A stretch of 64,000 bases of DNA from an uncultured Gammaproteobacteria bacterium (GTDB lineage Bacteria; Patescibacteriota; Microgenomatia; UBA8517): the NCBI GenBank assembly GCA_964583685.1, contig CAZOVJ010000001.1:132033-196032 (forward strand). The letters run 5' to 3'. Below the pieces are notes generated by a model. That model did not search any database, was not told the origin of the DNA, and was given only the letters and a program-made list of their open reading frames with translations. Below, one piece after another: positions 58,233 through 64,000 of the stretch (position 1 is the first letter of the stretch; every line of letters begins with the position of its first letter). Made by a program: the position numbers and the translations under genes.

Positions 58233-58253
58233 AACTGTGCCACGGGCCCTTAT
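58233..58253 (-). repeat. Duplicate of tRNA-Ala 5' end (att-like direct repeat)
   Basis: aactgtgccacgggcccttat vs aactgcgccacgggcccttat (57599-57619): 20/21 identical. Confidence 0.75.
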
Positions 58254-58266
58254 AAACAATTTAATA

Positions 58267-58914
58267 TTATTTTAATCGCTGAGTATGGATACCACACTCA
58301 CCCATGGATTTACTTGTTCCCATCCACCTTCCTGCTCTTTCTGGTTCTTTTTCACTTTTCTCTTTTTGTGAGCAGGGTTGGCAACCTAAACTTCGATAAC
58401 CCTTTTTATAAAATGGGTGGGTGGGGATTTTGTATATGGCCAAATATCTCCAAATGTCTAACTCCGAAAAATCAAGTATAGGATTAATTTTAACAATATT
58501 GCCTCTTATTTCAATATAGGAGCATTTTTTTCTTGTAGATCCTTCTGATTTTCGTAGGCCGGCAATCCAAGTATCTAGATTTTTGACAGCTTCCTTAGTT
58601 GGTTCGACTTTATAATATTGGCAACAAGCATCAGGGTCGCTTTTCCATAATCCTACTGGACAAGGTTTGGCTTTGTACTCTTTAATCTTCATTTTGTATT
58701 TTTTAATCATTTGCTTTTTGTATTTCGGAGTTTGTTTAAAGAGAAAGGGTGTTGTTATGGTGAATATTGGGATGTCTTTTTTAATCTGCAGACACAAATG
58801 GACCGGAACTATTGAGTCTTTACCAAAAGAGCAGGCAACTGCGAGTCTGGGATACTTCCTAACAGCCCCCTTTATGAGCTTTTTAGCTTGAAGAATTTTT
58901 TCAAGAAAACTCAT
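58267..58914 (-). CDS. APS/PAPS reductase family protein
   Basis: SFGKDS, CC...CQPC Fe-S motif, GYRSLG, ERAGRW, ECGIH. Confidence 0.9.
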   Translation of the reverse strand: MSFLEKILQAKKLIKGAVRKYPRLAVACSFGKDSIVPVHLCLQIKKDIPIFTITTPFLFKQTPKYKKQMIKKYKMKIKEYKAKPCPVGLWKSDPDACCQYYKVEPTKEAVKNLDTWIAGLRKSEGSTRKKCSYIEIRGNIVKINPILDFSELDIWRYLAIYKIPTHPFYKKGYRSLGCQPCSQKEKSEKEPERAGRWMGTSKSMGECGIHTQRLK

Positions 58915-58927
58915 TGTTTTTTCTTCT

Positions 58928-59004
58928 TGGTGAACCCGAGAGGACTCGAACCTCTGACCTTTCGCACGTCAAGCGAACGCTCTAACCAACTGAGCTACGG
59001 GTTC
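58928..59004 (-). tRNA. tRNA-Val(GAC)
   Basis: GAACCCG/CGGGTTC-ACCA, anticodon arm TTCGC-TTGACGT-GCGAA. Confidence 0.96.
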
Positions 59005-59053
59005 TCTTCCAACTCATAAATTATAACTTTTTTCTAGGTCTTTCTTCAAGAAT

Positions 59054-59683
59054 CTAACCTGAGGATCGAGTAAGATAATGATCTGGGGCAAGAAGGAATT
59101 TGGCGCCCTGCTTTTTGTAAGTTGCCCAGTAGTTTTTCTTTTTTGCCCTCTTGTTTGTGGCTGACAACCAAATTGCAGCATCTTCAATTCTCTTTCTAAA
59201 ACTGATGATAAATTCAAGTATTTTTTCAAAAAATAAAAGATGGTAAATCCCCGGATTGGCCGGTGTTTGAAGAGTAGCTATTTTAACTTCTTGGGCCAGT
59301 TCGGGAGTTACTTTGGCCAAAGTGGTGATTTCTTCCATGATTGCATGGAGATGAAGTTTTAATTGATTTGTCTCTTGTTCTATTTTTATTTTTTCTTCTT
59401 TTCTTAGTCTCCGTTCAAGAAAAAGTTGTTTCTCAATTTTCTTTTTTTCCTCTACTTCTCCGGAGAGAACTTCATCAACCGCAAGTTGTTCACCTGGAGC
59501 GATTTCTCCTGAAAAACGCTGCCTAGGAGGAAACCCAAATAATTGTCTTTTTATGTTGCGAGGAGTTTCTTTAAAAACATCGGTTTCCAGGGATTTTAAG
59601 GTTGAATTCCCTATATCTTTTATGGCTTCAAGAGGGTTGGCCCTTTGAACTCTTTTTTTACTTTTCTTGCTATTATTGTCCAT
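59054..59683 (-). CDS. DUF5660-like hypothetical protein
   Basis: Coiled coil then PGIYHLLFFEK...WL...YW; family recalled, not searched. Confidence 0.7.
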   Translation of the reverse strand: MDNNSKKSKKRVQRANPLEAIKDIGNSTLKSLETDVFKETPRNIKRQLFGFPPRQRFSGEIAPGEQLAVDEVLSGEVEEKKKIEKQLFLERRLRKEEKIKIEQETNQLKLHLHAIMEEITTLAKVTPELAQEVKIATLQTPANPGIYHLLFFEKILEFIISFRKRIEDAAIWLSATNKRAKKKNYWATYKKQGAKFLLAPDHYLTRSSG

Positions 59684-59755
59684 CTTTGTAATTACCCGTA
59701 TATACTACAATATAATTTGGAGTTTTGCAATTCTTGCAGCCAAGAGCTTTCCAAG

Positions 59756-60652
59756 CTATAAATTGGCCAATTGTTCAAGGACAGCTTTTCTTTTCAATAC
59801 TGCCCGAATGGTATTTCGCTGCTCTGGTCTCTCAAATTTTTCAGCATCTTTACTGGTCTTTGCGGCAGCCTCAATAATTTCTGTTACTTGCTTTTCTTCA
59901 ATTGCTACCTTTTCAGCATCAGCGATTGCATTTAATATAATTTCTAAGCTAATAGACTGTTTTACTTGCTCCTCATACTCTTGTCTCAGTGTTTCTCCTG
60001 TTTTCCCTGTCGAAGAAAGATAGCTTTCTAAGGATAGGCCTAATTTTTCAATTCGCTGGAGTAGTGAGGCCAGGCGGGCGTTGACCTCTTCGTCAATTAA
60101 AATTTTTGGAAGCCCAATCTTGATTGTCTTGAGTAGGATTTTTATAACCTCTTGTTCTTTTTCCTCTTTACTTAATCCTCGTTTGCCAGCTGGTGAATCT
60201 TTCTTTTTATCCTGTCCTGGTGTCCAGATTGAGGTAGTCCGGAGAGTACCCCGAATTGCCTTTTTATAATCTCCCAGGTTTACTTCCGGAAGTTCGCAGG
60301 TTTTTGCTCTTACTTGCCAGGTACCATTCTTTTTTATCAGTTCAAATTTTGGATACATTGCCGGCCGGATTTTGTGTTCTCTTATTGCTTGACTGAAGGC
60401 CCTAGGTAAGATTCGGACCAGGGTTTTTTCCCTTAAAGTGGCCTCGGGTATTTGCGAACGAACTTTATTTAAGGGTGCTTTCCCTTTTCTAAAACCAGAG
60501 ATAGAGGTTTCTTTGGCTAAATTTTCTAAAACTTTTCCTTCTTCTTCCTCGATTAGGGAAACAGGGATAGTAAAATTAATCTCTAAGCTTCTATCACTGC
60601 TTCTGGCTAGAGTAGAGGTTATTTTTTGTTTATCTGTTTTTTTGGCCTTCAT
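59756..60652 (-). CDS. tig: Trigger factor (PPIase domain absent)
   Basis: GFRKGKAP, LPEVNLGDYK, IADAEKV. Confidence 0.9.
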   Translation of the reverse strand: MKAKKTDKQKITSTLARSSDRSLEINFTIPVSLIEEEEGKVLENLAKETSISGFRKGKAPLNKVRSQIPEATLREKTLVRILPRAFSQAIREHKIRPAMYPKFELIKKNGTWQVRAKTCELPEVNLGDYKKAIRGTLRTTSIWTPGQDKKKDSPAGKRGLSKEEKEQEVIKILLKTIKIGLPKILIDEEVNARLASLLQRIEKLGLSLESYLSSTGKTGETLRQEYEEQVKQSISLEIILNAIADAEKVAIEEKQVTEIIEAAAKTSKDAEKFERPEQRNTIRAVLKRKAVLEQLANL

Positions 60653-60668
60653 GTTTGATAAAAATAAG

Positions 60669-60681
60669 CCGCCGTAGGCGG
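60669..60681. repeat. Short REP-like hairpin in tig leader
   Basis: CCGCC-GTA-GGCGG. Confidence 0.5.
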
Positions 60682-60736
60682 AACTGAGCAATTATAGCAT
60701 TTTTTGCAATTTTTTAGCGATATTTCTTCTTCCGGC

Positions 60737-61075
60737 CTATTCTGAGGCAAGCCTGTGGAGGAAGCAGGAAACCAACGAGAGAACAATTGAGGCAATAACT
60801 GCCGTTAAGAATCCTGAAATCTCAAATCCGGGTACAACAATACTCACCGCCCAAAGAAGTAAAACATTAATAATAAAGGCAGAAATTCCGAAAGTCAGAA
60901 TTGAGATGGGTAAGGCAATTAATTGAAGAAGCGGGCGGATAAAGGTATTTGCAGTTCCGATAACAATGGCCGCCACAATGGCCGCCTGTATGTTACTCAA
61001 AGTAAATCCCGGAACTAAATATTCAACTATAAAAAGAGCAAAGACATTAATGGCTAATCTAATTAGCAAATGCAT
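60737..61075 (-). CDS. 4-TM phage-holin-family (YvlD/DUF360) membrane protein
   Basis: NTFIRPLLQLIALPISILTFG...INVLLL...VPGF. Confidence 0.88.
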   Translation of the reverse strand: MHLLIRLAINVFALFIVEYLVPGFTLSNIQAAIVAAIVIGTANTFIRPLLQLIALPISILTFGISAFIINVLLLWAVSIVVPGFEISGFLTAVIASIVLSLVSCFLHRLASE

Positions 61076-61118
61076 TATTTAATGATGTAACAATCTTAGT
61101 TTCCTTGTCAATGAGTAA

Positions 61119-62129
61119 TTATTTGATATGTTTTTTAAAAAACCTCAAATCGCGGCCAACAATCGTATCCCAAGATGGTCGGAGATTATGGTCGGTTCCA
61201 GGATAAGTGAAATAGGTTACTTCTTGCTTTAGATTTCTTAGAGTTTTCACAAGAGTATTACTCCAAGATACTGGCACAGCCTCATCGCTATTTCCCTGAT
61301 GAATTTGGAGAAATGCGACGATTCGGTCAAAGTAATTATCAATTGAAAAAAGATTAACATCATACAACTTTTCAAATTCTGCTAATTCGCGCCTGAGGTA
61401 TTCGCCTTTATCTTCGGCCTCATCAGTATAGTAAAGGATCGAATAAGGAAAGGGTTTTGAAATCGGAGCCCAGAGAGTTGTTGGATAACCCTTGCCCGTA
61501 ATTTCAAGAAGAGCGAGGCTAATTTGTCCTCCATTGGAGTGTCCCCAAAGAAAAATATTGGCTCCATCGAATACTTTAATTGAATGAAGTGAGGCTAATA
61601 GAGCCAAAACGGTAGTCCTTGTTTGGAATCTTGCCTCGAATATATTTTCTGCCTGAGTGTCAGACCCCCCATAGCCTAAAAAGTCAGGAGCGAGAGTGAT
61701 CAGGTCGTTTTTGGCAAAAAATTCCGCCGCCCTTCTAGTGCCTGTTCCGGTTTGATAAGTTTCTTGGTCAACATAGCCCCGGAGCATAACGACTAAGGGG
61801 AAAGGTCCGTCACCAATCGGTAGGTTTAATTGGCCGGTCACTTTCCTCCTTTCTTTTCCTTGTAGCCTGGGGTCAAAATCAAAGGAGAAAAGATAAGAGG
61901 TGAATCCTTCTTTTTCCTCTAGAATTTCTTCGATTTTTATCTCGCCTGCGGCAATCTGTGTTTTCGCCAGGTTCTCAATCGTATACTTTTCCAAAGGCCT
62001 TTGTTTGATAAGGAGAAGAGTGCTTTTTGTTTGATTGCTCTTGCTATTTCTACCAATCCACCAGCCGGCAAGGCCAATACCTAAAATCAAAAGCAACCCA
62101 CCTAAAATCAAACCTAATTTTCTTACCAT
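61119..62129 (-). CDS. Membrane-anchored alpha/beta hydrolase (S9 peptidase-like)
   Basis: PDFLGYG, GHSNGG, HQG..DEAV, DH. Confidence 0.88.
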   Translation of the reverse strand: MVRKLGLILGGLLLILGIGLAGWWIGRNSKSNQTKSTLLLIKQRPLEKYTIENLAKTQIAAGEIKIEEILEEKEGFTSYLFSFDFDPRLQGKERRKVTGQLNLPIGDGPFPLVVMLRGYVDQETYQTGTGTRRAAEFFAKNDLITLAPDFLGYGGSDTQAENIFEARFQTRTTVLALLASLHSIKVFDGANIFLWGHSNGGQISLALLEITGKGYPTTLWAPISKPFPYSILYYTDEAEDKGEYLRRELAEFEKLYDVNLFSIDNYFDRIVAFLQIHQGNSDEAVPVSWSNTLVKTLRNLKQEVTYFTYPGTDHNLRPSWDTIVGRDLRFFKKHIK

Positions 62130-62157
62130 CTTGTTTTCTACACTTCCATCTAGGCTA

Positions 62158-63582
62158 CTAGAAAGAAATAATGTTTTGGAAGATAGTGAAAAGACCGAAA
62201 ATGCCAAAAAACAAAAAAGCTCCAACCAGGGCTGAAATTCTTATCAACGAAGGACGAAGAGGTTTTGCCAGACTGGTCAGATTTAACCAGAGAACAAGGC
62301 CGCAATAAAAGAACATGGTTATAGCGTTAAGGACAGCACCAATAATTATTAAGGTTAGGGGCTCACTAAAGCCAAGACTGAAAATAATGATCCCAGCAAA
62401 AATTTGCAGCCATAAAAAAAGATAAAAATAGGTTGGCAATTTTTCTATTCTAAAACGCTTGGGTGAGAGGATGATAAAATTTTCCGACATTATTCGGCTG
62501 GTGGCGTCTAAAACCGAGAATTGAGTTGAGAAAAGCATTAAGCCGGCGATAAGAAGGAAAAGGGAACTTAAGAGGGGAAAAGTTTTTTGGCCGATAATTT
62601 GAGCTTCAGCCATGACAAATCCTATTCCTGAAGTTAATTCTGAATTAGCGAAAACAGTTGAATAGGCAAGTAGACTAAGCATAATCATGGTAAAGGCGCC
62701 AGTTAACCAGAAGACAAGCAAGTGTTCAATATTAATTCTTTTCCACCAAATCTTGAAACGCTTGAGATTTTTAGAATTACACTCAAAACTACTTCCTTCA
62801 AGAGTAATTTTTTCTTTTTTGCCTGTGAGAAGGCTTGTTATCCGGCCTGAAAATTTGCCCATACCATAGCCCTTTTCCTTGATATAGAAGGATTGGGCAA
62901 GATTAAGATTTCCACCGGCTCCGGCATAAGCAAAGGCTCCCAGAAAAGTAGCCAGAGGGATAGCAGCTGGAAGAAACCAGTAAGCCTGCCCGCCGACAGG
63001 TGAGGTTTCACCTTTGCCAATAAGTCCCTGGGCCAGAGTTAGCCAATCAGAGCCTTTGGCCAGAAAAAGCACCAGGATGAAGATAAAAGGAACCCCGATA
63101 AGGATGAGGCTTCTTTGGAACACTTCCTGGGTTTTATAGATGACCGGTCCAAGAGTTAGGGCAATACCTATTAGTAAAAGCAGACAGATAGGGACTATTG
63201 GAGAGTATGAGATTCCTAAAAGGACAACTAGAAGTGTAGCCGAGGAAGCAATAATACCTGGCCACATCCAGGGAATTAGGGTTGAGAGGATAAACCAAAT
63301 CGGGGTTAGGTTTTTAAATTTTCGGGCAAGGCCGACAAAAATACTTTCACCAGTAACCAGGGCATATCTTTCAATCTCCATATTAATAAAGAATTGAAGG
63401 GTTATTCCCAAGACAGCGCCCCAAATTATGCCCAAGCCGAAATTGGCCGAAAGATAGGGCCAAAGGATAAGCTCGCCACTGCCCAACCCCAGTCCCAGGA
63501 GAATAAAGCTTGGCCCCAAAAGTTTTTTAAGCGGTAGAGGTCTGGGTAAATTTCGCTTTTTCAGGGGTGCAAACTTAGACAT
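62158..63582 (-). CDS. Nramp-like membrane transporter
   Basis: GPSFIL...GSGELILWP, RYALVTGE, about 11 TM helices. Confidence 0.8.
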   Translation of the reverse strand: MSKFAPLKKRNLPRPLPLKKLLGPSFILLGLGLGSGELILWPYLSANFGLGIIWGAVLGITLQFFINMEIERYALVTGESIFVGLARKFKNLTPIWFILSTLIPWMWPGIIASSATLLVVLLGISYSPIVPICLLLLIGIALTLGPVIYKTQEVFQRSLILIGVPFIFILVLFLAKGSDWLTLAQGLIGKGETSPVGGQAYWFLPAAIPLATFLGAFAYAGAGGNLNLAQSFYIKEKGYGMGKFSGRITSLLTGKKEKITLEGSSFECNSKNLKRFKIWWKRINIEHLLVFWLTGAFTMIMLSLLAYSTVFANSELTSGIGFVMAEAQIIGQKTFPLLSSLFLLIAGLMLFSTQFSVLDATSRIMSENFIILSPKRFRIEKLPTYFYLFLWLQIFAGIIIFSLGFSEPLTLIIIGAVLNAITMFFYCGLVLWLNLTSLAKPLRPSLIRISALVGAFLFFGIFGLFTIFQNIISF

Positions 63583-63755
63583 TAACCTAGTTTAGAATCT
63601 TGTTTTTTATTTAGCAAGTAAGATGCATATCTGGAGAATTTTTGCTATAATTTGTTCTCAGGTTCTTTGACATAGGTCAAAATCTACGGCAGAAGCGCCG
63701 TAGTTTATGGCAGTATTGGCTCTTTGTCTCAATTCAAGAAAGGAAAGAAACTACG

Positions 63756-64000
63756 ATGAAGATTCCCAAGCTGGACAGTCGCAATCTGGACACCCTTCCC
63801 TTGATAGAGGGAGTTTGGATGCTCCCTGTTACTGCTGAGGAAGGTGATTGCTACTTAGTCCAGGCGGAAAGCTGGCAGGTTAAGAGCACAGGAAAACCCC
63901 GATTGGACATGGTTCTAGATGCCAACGGTAAGATAGTGGCCTGGGTTCATAACTTGAGCTCGAACGGTGCTCAACCAGCCTGTTATCTCCAACCTCGTAC
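63756..64000 (+). CDS. Hypothetical protein (partial)
   Basis: Frame MKIPKLDSRNLDTLPLIEGVW... is open to the window end; AAGGA SD and TGCTATAAT upstream. Confidence 0.55.
   Translation, partial: MKIPKLDSRNLDTLPLIEGVWMLPVTAEEGDCYLVQAESWQVKSTGKPRLDMVLDANGKIVAWVHNLSSNGAQPACYLQPR

Noticed and set aside
58124-58243. N-terminal extension MAQFQPEADRPLDET of the islet gene
   Set aside because: Translation of the tRNA fragment, REP and promoter region
58170-58250. Possible second full tRNA-Ala interrupted by a REP
   Set aside because: After removing the REP, no anticodon arm, T-arm or acceptor 3' strand can be found
60737-61075. Prophage lysis gene
   Set aside because: This 4-TM family is commonly chromosomal and no endolysin or phage genes are adjacent

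Overview
64-kb chromosomal segment of a small-genome monoderm bacterium using the standard genetic code. Gene content points to Patescibacteria/CPR, probably Microgenomates (inference): type IV pilus locus without PilQ, short trigger factor, ThrS and PheT, DUF5656/DUF5660-like proteins. Core genes: hisS (partial), dnaB, yebC, one Xer recombinase, gyrA and gyrB split by a ~10-kb accessory block, a 13.4-kb pilB-pilT-pilC-pilin array-pilMNO locus, khpA-rpsP-rnc-nusB-rpmF-recG-tyrS, a class A PBP, thrS-infC-rpmI-rplT-pheS-pheT, tig, and tRNAs Leu-CAA, Ala-GGC and Val-GAC. Signals missed by the ORF track: (1) a complete Phe-leader-peptide attenuator (pheM-like) before pheS; (2) an 11-6-11 dif-like site ~1 kb upstream of xer, with a half-site on the xer promoter; (3) heptamer tandem repeats and palindromic REP-like elements concentrated in prepilin leaders and junctions; (4) a tRNA-Ala 5'-end duplication flanking a one-gene islet, with thrS starting right after the tRNA; (5) many apparently leaderless promoters; (6) an EVE-nuclease fusion; (7) two homopolymer frameshifts. 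All calls come from reading motifs by eye; no searches were run.
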